The notes under the pieces were generated by a model. That model ran no database searches and was not told the origin of the DNA. It saw only the letters and a list, made by a program, of their open reading frames with translations. Below are positions 45,817-55,407 of a stretch of 64,000 nucleotides of DNA, one piece after another; positions within the stretch are counted from its first letter, which is position 1; every line of letters starts with the position of its first letter. Both the position numbers and the translations under genes were made by a program. Where the stretch lies: assembly GCA_965204535.1 (NCBI GenBank), contig CBDBEV010000001.1:2854777-2918776 (forward strand), written 5' to 3'. The stretch is from a bacterium (lineage in GTDB: Bacteria; UBA8248).

Positions 45817-46587
45817 TCAGCCCATGTCGCCCAGGGCGTGCTGCGCGATGGTGAGGAGCGAGATGGGCGCGGTGTCTGCGCGCAGGATTCTGGGTCCCAG
45901 GGACACCGGCAGGAAGCCGCTCTCCATCGCCTGTTCCGCCTCCTCGTCCGTGAGGTCGCCCTCTGGGCCAGTCAGGATGGCGATGCGAAGGGGCGCGGTG
46001 GTTTTGCCTCCAGTCTCGCGTGATAAAGCCTCTTTGACCGGAAGCGCATTTTCTCCCAGGAATCCTAAGATTTTGAGGTCGAAATCCTCCGTCGCAGCGA
46101 GAAACCCTCCCAGCCCTCCGAGCGGATGCGCAGCAGGCGGGGGCACGCGGTCGCACTGCTTGGCGGCTTCGAGGACGATGCGCCGCCAACGCCTGTGGCG
46201 CTCTGCGCTTCTCTTCTCCTGAATCCTGACTTCACAGCGTTCGAGCGCGAGAGGATGGAAGGCATCGGCGCCCAGCTCACACCCTTTCTGGAGTACCCAT
46301 TCGAAACGCTCCCCTTTGAGCAGGGGCAGCCCCAAGGCGACCGACAGGGGAGAGGGTGGTCTTTCGGGCAGGCGCTCGATGATTCTGGCGGTGCTCTCCC
46401 TAGCGGATATTGCCGTCAGTTCCACCTTGTATTCACGGCCATCCTCGGTCGCGACACGGCAAATCGCGCCCGTCCCCATCTTGAGCACGCGGCGTATGTG
46501 CGCGGATTCCTCCGCCCCCAGGATGACCTGCTCATCCTGAATCGCCTCTGGAGCGATGTAGAAAAGCCGCAGCCCGTCGCGCGTCAT
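45817..46587 (-). CDS. rsmE: 16S rRNA (uracil1498-N3)-methyltransferase
   Basis: 'RLFY...HIRRVLKM', 'KGERFEWVLQKGCELG' and 'LTGPEGDLTDEE' are typical RsmE. It overlaps prmA by 4 nt. Confidence 0.85.
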   Translation of the reverse strand: MTRDGLRLFYIAPEAIQDEQVILGAEESAHIRRVLKMGTGAICRVATEDGREYKVELTAISARESTARIIERLPERPPSPLSVALGLPLLKGERFEWVLQKGCELGADAFHPLALERCEVRIQEKRSAERHRRWRRIVLEAAKQCDRVPPPAAHPLGGLGGFLAATEDFDLKILGFLGENALPVKEALSRETGGKTTAPLRIAILTGPEGDLTDEEAEQAMESGFLPVSLGPRILRADTAPISLLTIAQHALGDMG

Positions 46588-47462
46588 GGTTTTATTGCCT
46601 CGATGCTCGCCCATTCCTCGATCCGGTTCGTATTCTCGACCCTGAAACCGGCTTCTTCGTAGATGCGGGCGAGCGTCTCCGCCCCCTCAAAACCGATTCC
46701 CGAGAGCACGGCCCGGCCCCCCGTGGCGAGCGTCCCGTGAATGAGCGGCGCGAGTTCTCTCAAAGCGTCAAGAAAAATGTTCGCCGCAATGAAATCCACC
46801 CGGCCCCACCATTCTCCAAGCGCCCCGGGCGTGAGCGTCGTGCCCAGCGCCGTCATGTGGTCTCCCACGCCGTTTCGCTCCGCAAGTGCAATGGTTTCCT
46901 CCACGGCTTTGGGGTCGAGGTCGAACCCCGTTACGTGGTTTGCGCCATAGAGAAGGGCGGCGACGCCCAGGATGCCGGAACCGCAGCCTAAGTCCACCAT
47001 ACGCTCGGGAGGTTTTCGTGCGAATTGGCGCTCAATTGCGAGGAGAGCCAGACGTGTGGAAGGGTGTCTGCCGGTGCCGAAGGCGAGGCCGGGTTCCAGT
47101 ATCAACTCGACGCGCCCTTCGGGTATTTCGTTTTCATCCCAGGGCGGCTTCACCCAGAGTTTCTCGCCGTACGCTTCGCCCTTGAAATGGCCGCGCGACC
47201 GGGCAACCCAGTCCTGATCCTCGATGTTTTTTAACGTGATGGCGCTTTTCCCGACGCCCATGTCGGCGAGAAGCGCTTCTATCGCGCGGAGTTTTTGGGT
47301 CGCGCCGTCTTCCAAAGCGATGTGCGTGATGAGCACGGACGCGCCCCCCAAGCCATTTCGCTCCTCCACGGCGGAAGCGCCCGCCTCCAGTATCCGGGCG
47401 GAGGCGTCCTCGGCCAGGGTTTCAGAAACCTCGATGATGAGTTCGAGCCATTTTTTCTTCAC
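46584..47462 (-). CDS. prmA: Ribosomal protein L11 methyltransferase
   Basis: 'PGLAFGTGRHPSTRL' and 'DLGCGSGILG' SAM-binding motifs. Confidence 0.9.
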   Translation of the reverse strand: MKKKWLELIIEVSETLAEDASARILEAGASAVEERNGLGGASVLITHIALEDGATQKLRAIEALLADMGVGKSAITLKNIEDQDWVARSRGHFKGEAYGEKLWVKPPWDENEIPEGRVELILEPGLAFGTGRHPSTRLALLAIERQFARKPPERMVDLGCGSGILGVAALLYGANHVTGFDLDPKAVEETIALAERNGVGDHMTALGTTLTPGALGEWWGRVDFIAANIFLDALRELAPLIHGTLATGGRAVLSGIGFEGAETLARIYEEAGFRVENTNRIEEWASIEAIKP

Positions 47463-47475
47463 AGGCTCTCGCGAT

Positions 47476-48561
47476 TTACTCCGGCAGGCGGACGACGGCC
47501 GAGCCCGCCGTCGCCAGCTCGCCCTCCTGGTTCGTTCCGGTGATCTCCACCTTCACGGTGCGCTCGGCCTCGTTTTTCTCGACCACCTCTCCCTTATGCC
47601 AGATGGTGTCGCCGTAGATCATGGGGCGGCGCACCTGGACGTAGAGGTTCTTCAGGAACGCGTCGTCCCCCATCCAGTTCGTGATGAAGGGGCTCACCCA
47701 GGCGAAGCGCATGACGCCGTTGTCGAAAGGTCCCGGCATCCCGCGCCCCGAGGCGAGGTTGAAGTCCTCGTGCTGCTGGGAGTTTTTCACCTGGATCCCG
47801 ATCTGGGGGATCAGGACGGCGTTGTGCGGCGCTTTTTTGAGGTCGAGATAGCCGCGCCTGCCCGCCTTGTAGGAGGGGCCGTTGCCCGCGTTCCAGGCCA
47901 CCATGTCGCCGATGGTGAGGGGGCCGCGGAGCATGGGCGGGAGCTCATCGCCGACCGATACGTCCCCAAAGCGGCGCTTCTCACCCCCTCGTCTTTCTTC
48001 GGCCTGGTAGGCGTTTTCGATTTCTTGGAATTCCGCCTCGTCGTACTTCTTGACGGGCCGCTCGTAGAGGAGCGTATTTCCTTCCTGCAGAGTCCTGATC
48101 ATCGTGCCGATACCCCTGGCGACGACCTCATCCGCCTCGTTCCAGTAGGTGCACTCCGAGATGATGAAGATGAGCTGTCGGCCCGCCTTGTTCGTCTTAA
48201 CGAACGAATCCTTCTGGATGGATTCGGCGCGCAGCCTGGCTCCCTGGGAGACGGGTTTTTCCCACTCGAATTCCACGCCCCCGATGAGGGAGGAGAGGGG
48301 CACTTCCATGGGCGCACCGTGGAGGATCGGGTAGAGGACCGACACCAGAAACGCGGGCGGCGCCATGATGTCCTTGTGAGATGTGCCGGATGCGTATCCG
48401 GCGTCCAGCCAGAGCGGGTTGTCGTCGTCGATGCCGTAGGCGAAATGGCGGATGGCGTCGGCGCTCGCCTCGTTGTTCCACGCCTCGCGCTCGCGCACGG
48501 GCTTGCCGTTCAGTGCTTGTGTCTTCTCGATGAACTCATCGATATGTGCTTGATTCGACAA
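47476..48561 (-). CDS. Double hot-dog MaoC/FAS1-like acyl dehydratase
   Basis: 361 aa. An N-terminal MaoC-N-like half ('IRHFAYGIDDDNPLWLD') and a C-terminal MaoC-like half ('YGDTIWHKGEVVEK'). Confidence 0.7.
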   Translation of the reverse strand: MSNQAHIDEFIEKTQALNGKPVREREAWNNEASADAIRHFAYGIDDDNPLWLDAGYASGTSHKDIMAPPAFLVSVLYPILHGAPMEVPLSSLIGGVEFEWEKPVSQGARLRAESIQKDSFVKTNKAGRQLIFIISECTYWNEADEVVARGIGTMIRTLQEGNTLLYERPVKKYDEAEFQEIENAYQAEERRGGEKRRFGDVSVGDELPPMLRGPLTIGDMVAWNAGNGPSYKAGRRGYLDLKKAPHNAVLIPQIGIQVKNSQQHEDFNLASGRGMPGPFDNGVMRFAWVSPFITNWMGDDAFLKNLYVQVRRPMIYGDTIWHKGEVVEKNEAERTVKVEITGTNQEGELATAGSAVVRLPE

Positions 48562-48677
48562 TGTAGGATGCTCCTGTGTCTTTTGTACGAGGGTATACTG
48601 AATTGTGCGGTGAAATTCGATTTCTGGATGAGTTATGTAGCAGGAAATTCAGGGCGCAACAAGGCGGCCCGGGTCCC

Positions 48678-49763
48678 TCATTCGAGAAGGCCTCTCATCT
48701 TCTCCAGAAACGACCGGGTTCTCGGGTGCGTAGACGGCGAGGAGATTTTCTGGAACTCATCGAGAATTTCACGCTGGCGCTCGTTGAGCTTGGTGGGCGT
48801 TTCGATGATTACGCGAATGAGCAGGTCGCCCGTGTTGCGTCCGCCCGCCGGCGAGAGCCCCGCTCCCTTCAGGCGAAATACCCGGCCCGACTGGGTTCCC
48901 GCGGGAATCCTGATCGTCCGCGCGTCCTGGAGCGTGGGGGCAAGGGCTTCGTGGCCGAGGGCGGCCTGGGATATGCTCACCGGCAGGTCGAAGAGGATGT
49001 CGTTGCCCTCCCTTCGGAAAAGAGGGTGCGGCTTCGCACGCACCGTGACGATGAGGTCTCCCGCATCGCCCGATCGCGCCTCCTCATCGCCCTTGCCCTT
49101 GATCTTGATTTGAGCGCCCTCTCTGGTCGCGGCGGGAATCGTCACTCTCAGGTTCTCCCGCCTGCTAACGCGACCCTCTCCTCCACAGTCCCGGCATGCA
49201 AGACCTGTGTGAGCACCGTTTCCATCACAAGCCGAGCAGGGAACCCACAACTCCGCGAGTCCCTGCCTGTAGCGAACCTCGCCCGCGCCCTTACACGCCG
49301 GACAGGCGCCCATCCGCGCGCCCGCCTCAAAGCCGCGGCCCTCGCATGAGGCGCAGCGGACGCGGCGGGAAGCGGGAATCTCTTTTTCGGAGTCCCGCTT
49401 CAGTTCCTCGAGTGTCACCTCGACCTGGGCGTGCAAGTCCCGGGACTTGGGTTTTTTCTCATCCGCCGGCTCACGCGCGTTCTTGAAGATATGGGAGAAA
49501 ATGTCCTCCCATTTTTCCTCGTATTCGCCTCTTTGGCGCGCCGATTTCCGTCCCCGAGGCGTCCCGCCAAGGCCCGGGCGTTTCGGGTTTTGGAGGGTTT
49601 CGTGAGCGATGACGATCTGCTTGAAGCGCCTTTCGGCTTCCGCGTCGCCCGGGTTTCTGTCCGGATGGAATTCCAGGGCCAGCTTCTTGTAGGCGCTTTT
49701 AAGTCGGGACCCCGAGGGGTTTTTCTCCAGGCCCAGGATTTTCAGAGCGTCGGCGATCTTCAA
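48678..49763 (-). CDS. dnaJ: Molecular chaperone DnaJ (type I, four CxxCxGxG zinc-finger repeats; short or atypical G/F region)
   Basis: J-domain 'YKKLALEFHPDRNPGD', plus 'CASCEGRG', 'CPACKGAG', 'CSACDGNG' and 'CRDCGGEG'. Confidence 0.85.
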   Translation of the reverse strand: MKIADALKILGLEKNPSGSRLKSAYKKLALEFHPDRNPGDAEAERRFKQIVIAHETLQNPKRPGLGGTPRGRKSARQRGEYEEKWEDIFSHIFKNAREPADEKKPKSRDLHAQVEVTLEELKRDSEKEIPASRRVRCASCEGRGFEAGARMGACPACKGAGEVRYRQGLAELWVPCSACDGNGAHTGLACRDCGGEGRVSRRENLRVTIPAATREGAQIKIKGKGDEEARSGDAGDLIVTVRAKPHPLFRREGNDILFDLPVSISQAALGHEALAPTLQDARTIRIPAGTQSGRVFRLKGAGLSPAGGRNTGDLLIRVIIETPTKLNERQREILDEFQKISSPSTHPRTRSFLEKMRGLLE

Positions 49764-49811
49764 GGAATCATGACCTCCGCCGGGGGGAGCCGGAAGGAAA
49801 GCGCGGTTCGT

Positions 49812-50864
49812 CTATCGCTCGCCCGAGGAGAGGAATTTCGACACCGAATCCGCCGTCCATTCCACCAGCGAGACGGCGCGATCGTAGCGCATGCGCTTGG
49901 GGCCGATGATGCCGATGCTGCCGAGCGGCCGGTCGTCCATATAGTAGCGCTGGGCGACGACGCTGCAGTCCTTCATCTCATCGAAATCGTTCTCCGAACC
50001 GATGAGAATGGTGATGTCCGAGGATTCCAGGCACTTGTCCAGCAGGCGCACCAGCTTTTCCCGCTCCTCGAACGTGCGGTAGAGCGTCTGGAGCTTTTCG
50101 GCGTTGGTGGCGAAATCAGGCTGCGAGAACACGCGCGAGGCCCCCTCGACGAAAATGGATTCCTGCGCCGCTTCGCTTTCCGAGAGCGCCTCTTTGCTGA
50201 GTTTGAGGGCCTGCCGGTAGAGGGCGTCGAGGCCTTCGCGCGCATGGGCCATTTTCTGGATGATTTTCTCGCGCACCTCTCTTAAGGCGAGGCCGCCGAA
50301 CTCCTCGTTCAGCATGTTCGATATCCTGTTCAACTCGTCCTGGCTCATGGGGGTCTCGGTCGGGATGACGCGGTTTTGCACCACCCCGCTCATGGAGACG
50401 ATGACGGCCAGGGTCTTTTCCTCCGACATCTTCACGAAGTTGATGTGCTTGAAGTGGAGCTGTTCCCCTGCGGGCAGGAGCACGAGCCCCGCCGTGTTCG
50501 TGAGTTCCGAGAGCACGCGCGTCGCCTGCGCGAGCACCTGTTCGATCTGGGCGGCCTGCGCGGAAGCGCCCAGGCGCATGGATTCCTGCTCCTCGCTCGT
50601 GAGGGTGTGAGAATCCATCAGATCGTCGACGAAGACGCGGTAGCCCAGGTCGGTGGGGAGCCTGCCCGAGGAGACGTGGGGCTTGGTCAGGAATCCCGCA
50701 TCGGCCAGGTCGCTCATGATGTTCCGGATGGTGGCGGGGCTCAAGGCGATGTCCGCGTGTTTCGAGAGCGTGCGGCTCCCCACCGGTTCGCCCGTGTCCA
50801 CGAAAGTGTTGATGATGGCGCGCAGGATTTCCCGGTTTCTCTGGGCAAGTTCCAGGGCGTCCAT
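49812..50864 (-). CDS. hrcA: Heat-inducible transcription repressor HrcA
   Basis: 'REILRAIINTFVDTGEPVGSRTL' winged-helix N-terminus with a CIRCE operator just upstream. ATG 50864 was chosen; the ORF is open to 51233. Confidence 0.9.
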   Translation of the reverse strand: MDALELAQRNREILRAIINTFVDTGEPVGSRTLSKHADIALSPATIRNIMSDLADAGFLTKPHVSSGRLPTDLGYRVFVDDLMDSHTLTSEEQESMRLGASAQAAQIEQVLAQATRVLSELTNTAGLVLLPAGEQLHFKHINFVKMSEEKTLAVIVSMSGVVQNRVIPTETPMSQDELNRISNMLNEEFGGLALREVREKIIQKMAHAREGLDALYRQALKLSKEALSESEAAQESIFVEGASRVFSQPDFATNAEKLQTLYRTFEEREKLVRLLDKCLESSDITILIGSENDFDEMKDCSVVAQRYYMDDRPLGSIGIIGPKRMRYDRAVSLVEWTADSVSKFLSSGER

Positions 50865-50909
50865 TTCGCGAGTCTCCCGCTGAGGCGTCTTTCGCGCTGA
50901 ATTTTGGTG

Positions 50910-50935
50910 TGGCACTCCGGCGCATGGAGTGCTAA
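50910..50935 (-). promoter_or_regulatory. CIRCE operator (HrcA binding site)
   Basis: On the minus strand it reads TTAGCACTC-CATGCGCCG-GAGTGCCA. Against the consensus TTAGCACTC-N9-GAGTGCTAA, one arm is perfect and the other has two mismatches. It lies 46 bp upstream of the hrcA start. Confidence 0.8.
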
Positions 50936-51075
50936 TTTGTGCAAGATATGGGGCGATTTTCCCCGTGTCAAGGGCGCGGCGCCGGGGCGGGGAAAGGATT
51001 TCCCGAATTAGAAACCCGTACCCTGAGACCCGGCGCCGGGGCTGAGCGAAAGAGGCCGCTTTTCGAGGGAAGCCG

Positions 51076-53304
51076 ATGCCGAACGCATGGACGAGAGCCT
51101 TTCGAGTCATACGGAGGCGATGGTTCGGGCGGCGGACGCCGCCGCGCGACGAGACGATCCATGAAACCGGGGATTCGGCGCGTTCACGCATCGCCCGCTC
51201 ACGCCGGGCGAACCGGAAGTTCCAGTACTGCACGATAGGCGCGACGTTCGTGTTGATAGTGATATTGAGTTTTCTTTCCTATCGCATCTACGTGGATACC
51301 AAGATCGAGATAGAGGAAAGATCCAATCGCCGGCAGCTTCTTCTCGTGGAGCAGGCCGGCGATCGTATCGCCTCCTTCCTGGAGGCGCTCACGGCCTCTT
51401 TGCGCTACAGCGCGGGGTTTCTGCGCACCATCGAGCCCGATCATCCCGGACGTATGGCGGTGATGATGGGGCTGTATGAAAGGCTGGGCGGAGGGTTTCA
51501 GGTAAATGAACTGGGCTACCTGCAGGGAGCGGGTCAGCAGATCGCCGCGATTCCCGAGGGATTACTCGAAAAACTCGCGAACTGCTCCTTGTCGCAGGGC
51601 GCCTGCATCATCGTGATTCGCGATGAAGCCCAAAGGGTTTCCTCCCTGTTCGCGGCTGTCCCCGTGGCGTTAATCGGGGATGAGACCGAAGGATCCGAGG
51701 CGCAGAGAAAACGCGACTGGCTCTACGCGCGAATTGCCATGCCGAATCTGGTGCGTTCCTTCATCGAACCCGTTCAATCGGGCGGTCGCGAGCGGGCGTG
51801 GCTCGTGGACGGCGAAGGCAGAATCATCCTCCCTCCGGGCATCCCCCGGCTGGAGGGCGTTCATTTGTCCACCCTCGCGCGTGAGCTGCGGGATGAGAGG
51901 CTCGAAAAACTCGTTGGTCGGATGAAGAAAGAAGTGAAAGGGTTTGACTGGCACCTCGACTTGAGACCCGGGAACGAAGAAAAACGCATGCGTTACCTGA
52001 CGGCATTCAGCAACTTCCCGGTAGGGGGCGAGAAATGGACTTTCGCCCTCACGGCGCCGTCCACCGAGTTCGTCGGGTTAATCGGACGACTTTTCCGAAA
52101 AGGCTGGCTGTTGACGGGTTTCGGGTTCATCGCCCTGGTTCTGGCGGCTCTTTTGATACTCGACCGTGAGCGCAGGCGCATACGGGCCGAGGACAGAATC
52201 ATCTGGTCCCAGCAGGTGTTCGAGAGCAACAGGCGGCTTCAGGCGCTGTTCGACGGCATCACGGACGCCATCGGCATTCTGGACAAGGATTTCCGCATAC
52301 GGATGCTCAATCGCTCGATGGGGAGGCTCTTCGGGCGCGATACGTCCGATTTGCTGGATCAGAAATGGGAGATATCGCCGCTCACCCCGGTGCCGGAGTC
52401 ATTCGTCGAGCGCGCCATCGTGGTCGACACGTTCGCGACCGGCGAGCCGGGTTTTTTCGAAAAGTCGATTTCATGGGAAGATGGACGCCGGATGGCTATG
52501 GAATACTATACCTACCCGATTCTCGACGCCTCGGGAGCGACGTTGCAGGTGATTTTGTATTTGAAGGACGTGACGGAGCGCAAGGCGCTCGAAAAAGAGG
52601 TTCTCCAAAGCGAGAGGCTCTCGATCGTCGGCAAGATGAGCGAGCAGGTGGCGCATTCCATACGCAACCCTCTCTCGGCCATCAACCTGAGCGCGGAATT
52701 GCTCGGCGATGAGTTGTCGCAATTCAAGGGGGCGGACACCTCCGAGGCGTGGGCGCTGCTCAAATCCGTGAGGGCGGAGGTGGCTATCCTCAGCCAGGTG
52801 ACGGCCGATTATCTCAAATTCGTGCGCATGCCCAGTCTGGAGAGAACGCCTATCAACTGCAACGAAATGATTGAGGATTTGCTGGACCTGCACGCGGAAG
52901 TGGCGGCGAGCAGAAAAATCCAGGTCGAAAAGGAACTCGAAAGGGACATCCCCGAGGTCGTCCTGGATGAAACGCAAATGCGCGTCGCGATTCAGAACCT
53001 CATCTTGAACGGTTTCGACGCAATGCCCGACGGCGGTCGCCTCCTGGTGAAAACGGAACTCGAAAACCGGCATCTCGCCATCCGCATATCGGACAGCGGG
53101 GAAGGCATCAGCCGCGAGGATCAGGCCTCGTTGTTCACGCCGTTTTTCACGACGAAGGCGAACGGAACCGGCCTCGGCCTCGTGTTGAGCCGGCAAATCA
53201 TCACCGAGCACGACGGCGGCATCCACTTCGAGAGCAGGGAGGGGGCGGGCGCCACCTTCATCGTCGAACTCCCGCTCCCGGTTGCGCAGGAGGCGAAGGC
53301 ATGA
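51076..53304 (+). CDS. Membrane sensor histidine kinase (periplasmic domain, PAS, HisKA, HATPase)
   Basis: TM segments flank a region of about 260 aa. A PAS-like segment ('LQALFDGITDAIGILDKDFRI') is followed by the H-box 'VAHSIRNPLSAI' and the G-boxes 'DSGEGI' and 'GTGLGLVLSRQI'. Confidence 0.8.
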   Translation: MPNAWTRAFRVIRRRWFGRRTPPRDETIHETGDSARSRIARSRRANRKFQYCTIGATFVLIVILSFLSYRIYVDTKIEIEERSNRRQLLLVEQAGDRIASFLEALTASLRYSAGFLRTIEPDHPGRMAVMMGLYERLGGGFQVNELGYLQGAGQQIAAIPEGLLEKLANCSLSQGACIIVIRDEAQRVSSLFAAVPVALIGDETEGSEAQRKRDWLYARIAMPNLVRSFIEPVQSGGRERAWLVDGEGRIILPPGIPRLEGVHLSTLARELRDERLEKLVGRMKKEVKGFDWHLDLRPGNEEKRMRYLTAFSNFPVGGEKWTFALTAPSTEFVGLIGRLFRKGWLLTGFGFIALVLAALLILDRERRRIRAEDRIIWSQQVFESNRRLQALFDGITDAIGILDKDFRIRMLNRSMGRLFGRDTSDLLDQKWEISPLTPVPESFVERAIVVDTFATGEPGFFEKSISWEDGRRMAMEYYTYPILDASGATLQVILYLKDVTERKALEKEVLQSERLSIVGKMSEQVAHSIRNPLSAINLSAELLGDELSQFKGADTSEAWALLKSVRAEVAILSQVTADYLKFVRMPSLERTPINCNEMIEDLLDLHAEVAASRKIQVEKELERDIPEVVLDETQMRVAIQNLILNGFDAMPDGGRLLVKTELENRHLAIRISDSGEGISREDQASLFTPFFTTKANGTGLGLVLSRQIITEHDGGIHFESREGAGATFIVELPLPVAQEAKA

Positions 53305-54680
53305 GCGACCACGCCGGGGCGCGCGTGCTGGTGGTGGACGACAAGCGCGGCAGCCGCGAGGCCCTCCAGAAGATGATCACCAAAGAGGGGTTCGACGTCG
53401 CCATGGCGCACGACGCGGAAACCGCCGCAGAGATGTTCGGCGCGGAACCCGCCAATCTGGTGATCACCGATCTCAGAATGCCCGGAATGGACGGCATCGG
53501 CCTGCTCAAGGAGGTGAAGCGTCTCAGCCCGGATACGGAAGTGATCCTGATCTCCGGCGCCGGGAGCATCGAGTCGGCCGTCGAGGCGATGCGTGAGGGG
53601 GCGTATGATTTTCTCACAAAGCCCCTGGAGCGCGTGGTTGTCCTCAAGGCGATAGACAAGGCGCTCGAAAAACAGGCCCTCCTGCGCGAGAACGCGGATT
53701 TGCGGGCGCAACTCCAGAGCCTGAGAGACACCTCGGGCATGATGGGGGACCACTCCTCGATTCGCCGGGTGAAGGACATGGTTCGCCAGGTCGCGCCCAC
53801 CTCCGCCACGGTGCTTATACTGGGCGAAAGCGGCACGGGCAAGGAACTGGTGGCGAACGCCCTGCACGAGGGAAGCGAGCGGGCGGGCAAGGCGATGGTG
53901 AAGGTGAACTGCGCGGCACTTCCCGAGACGCTCCTCGAGAGCGAGTTGTTCGGCTACGAGCGCGGGGCGTTCACGGGCGCGGCGGGCCGGAAGGAGGGGC
54001 GCTTCAAGATCGCGCACGAAGGCACGCTGTTTCTCGATGAAATCGGGGATATGCCCCTCGTTTTGCAGCCGAAGATTCTTCGGGTTTTACAGGAAGGGGA
54101 ATTCGAGCGCGTCGGTGGGACGGAGACTTTGAAGGTGGACGCGCGTATCGTGGCCTCCACCAACGCGGACTTGCAAACCGCCGTGGCCGACAAGAGGTTT
54201 CGCGAGGATCTCTATTATCGCCTGAACGTGATCACCATCCACATGCCGGCCCTGAGGGACAGGCGCAGCGATATTCCGCTGCTCGCCGAGCATTTCCTCC
54301 AGCGCTTCGCCGCGAAGAACAACCGGCCCGTCCTCGCGTTTTCGCGCGAGGCGCTCGATGCGATGTCGAACTACCATTGGCCGGGAAATGTGCGTGAACT
54401 CGAAAACATGGTGGAGCGCGCCGTGGTGCTGAGCCGCGGAGAGATTCTCTCGGTGGATGATTTGCCCGCGCAAATCGCCCGGGGCGAGCCCACGAATGGG
54501 GAGCAGTCCGTGGCGTCGGACTCGCCACTCATCAATCTCGAGGTCGGCACCCCGCTCGCGGAAGTCGAGCGGCGGGTCATTCTGGAGACTCTCCGGTATA
54601 CGGGCGGCGACAAGAGCGCCGCCGCACGCCTCCTGGGAATCGCCACGCGCACCATATACCGGAAGCTGGACGGGAACTGA
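53301..54680 (+). CDS. Sigma-54-dependent response regulator (NtrC family: REC-AAA+-Fis HTH)
   Basis: 'VLVVDD...ITDLRMPGMDG', 'GESGTGKE', the 'GAFTGA' loop, 'ELFGYERGAFTGA' and a C-terminal Fis-type HTH. Its ATG overlaps the kinase stop. Confidence 0.9.
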   Translation: MSDHAGARVLVVDDKRGSREALQKMITKEGFDVAMAHDAETAAEMFGAEPANLVITDLRMPGMDGIGLLKEVKRLSPDTEVILISGAGSIESAVEAMREGAYDFLTKPLERVVVLKAIDKALEKQALLRENADLRAQLQSLRDTSGMMGDHSSIRRVKDMVRQVAPTSATVLILGESGTGKELVANALHEGSERAGKAMVKVNCAALPETLLESELFGYERGAFTGAAGRKEGRFKIAHEGTLFLDEIGDMPLVLQPKILRVLQEGEFERVGGTETLKVDARIVASTNADLQTAVADKRFREDLYYRLNVITIHMPALRDRRSDIPLLAEHFLQRFAAKNNRPVLAFSREALDAMSNYHWPGNVRELENMVERAVVLSRGEILSVDDLPAQIARGEPTNGEQSVASDSPLINLEVGTPLAEVERRVILETLRYTGGDKSAAARLLGIATRTIYRKLDGN

Positions 54681-54753
54681 TCGCTCGCATGCCGCCCGCC
54701 CCATGAGCGGGTTGTGGTAAGGTGTGGCGCGGGAATTTTCCGGGAGTTTGCCG

Positions 54754-55407
54754 ATGCGGGGTCGTTTCATCACATTCGAGGGTGTGGAGGGTTGCGGCAA
54801 GTCGACCCAGATGGCGCGCCTGCGGGATTGGATGAAAGAAGTGGGCCTGCCTGTTCGCGCCACGCGCGAACCCGGCGGCACGAAGGTCGGCGAGGGGATT
54901 CGCGAGTTATTGCTCGCTCCACGCGATGAGGGCTTGGATGCCGCCACGGAGCTCCTGCTCTACGAGGCGGCGCGGGCGCAGCACGTGAGCGAGGTGATTC
55001 GGCCGGCCCTGGAGGCGGGCGTCCACGTTCTTTGCGACCGGTTCTTCGACTCCACGACGGCGTACCAGGCGTTCGGACGGGGGCTGGACGAGGAGATGGT
55101 GCGGGAGCTCAACCGGATGGCGAGCGGGGGGATTATCCCCGACCTCACGCTGTTGTTCTCCGTATCGATTGAGGAAGGTCTCGGTCGCGCGCGCGGCGGA
55201 AGCGCGGGCGACCGGCTCGAGGGCGAAAGTCTGGCGTTTCACCGCAGGGTGCAGGCGGGCTTCGACGCGCTGGCGAAGCGCGAGCCCGGGCGGTTCCGCA
55301 CCCTGGGCGAGGGCGCGATTGAGCAGGTGCACGAAGAGGTGGTGCGCATCGTAAAGGAAAGATTCGAATGGGCTGGGAATCCATCCGCGGCCAGGACGCA
55401 GCCCTAG
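54754..55407 (+). CDS. tmk: dTMP (thymidylate) kinase
   Basis: 'GRFITFEGVEGCGKSTQ' P-loop and 'DRFFDSTTAYQ'. Confidence 0.9.
   Translation: MRGRFITFEGVEGCGKSTQMARLRDWMKEVGLPVRATREPGGTKVGEGIRELLLAPRDEGLDAATELLLYEAARAQHVSEVIRPALEAGVHVLCDRFFDSTTAYQAFGRGLDEEMVRELNRMASGGIIPDLTLLFSVSIEEGLGRARGGSAGDRLEGESLAFHRRVQAGFDALAKREPGRFRTLGEGAIEQVHEEVVRIVKERFEWAGNPSAARTQP

Noticed and set aside
50865-51233. N-terminal extensions of the hrcA ORF. The same applies to recN (16802-16954), purD (45741-45773), nadK (17713-17793) and the Gfo/Idh/MocA gene (38117-38290).
   Set aside because: The extensions lack family similarity. Conserved N-termini with good Shine-Dalgarno spacing begin at the internal starts that were chosen. 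The hrcA extension would also run across its own CIRCE operator.
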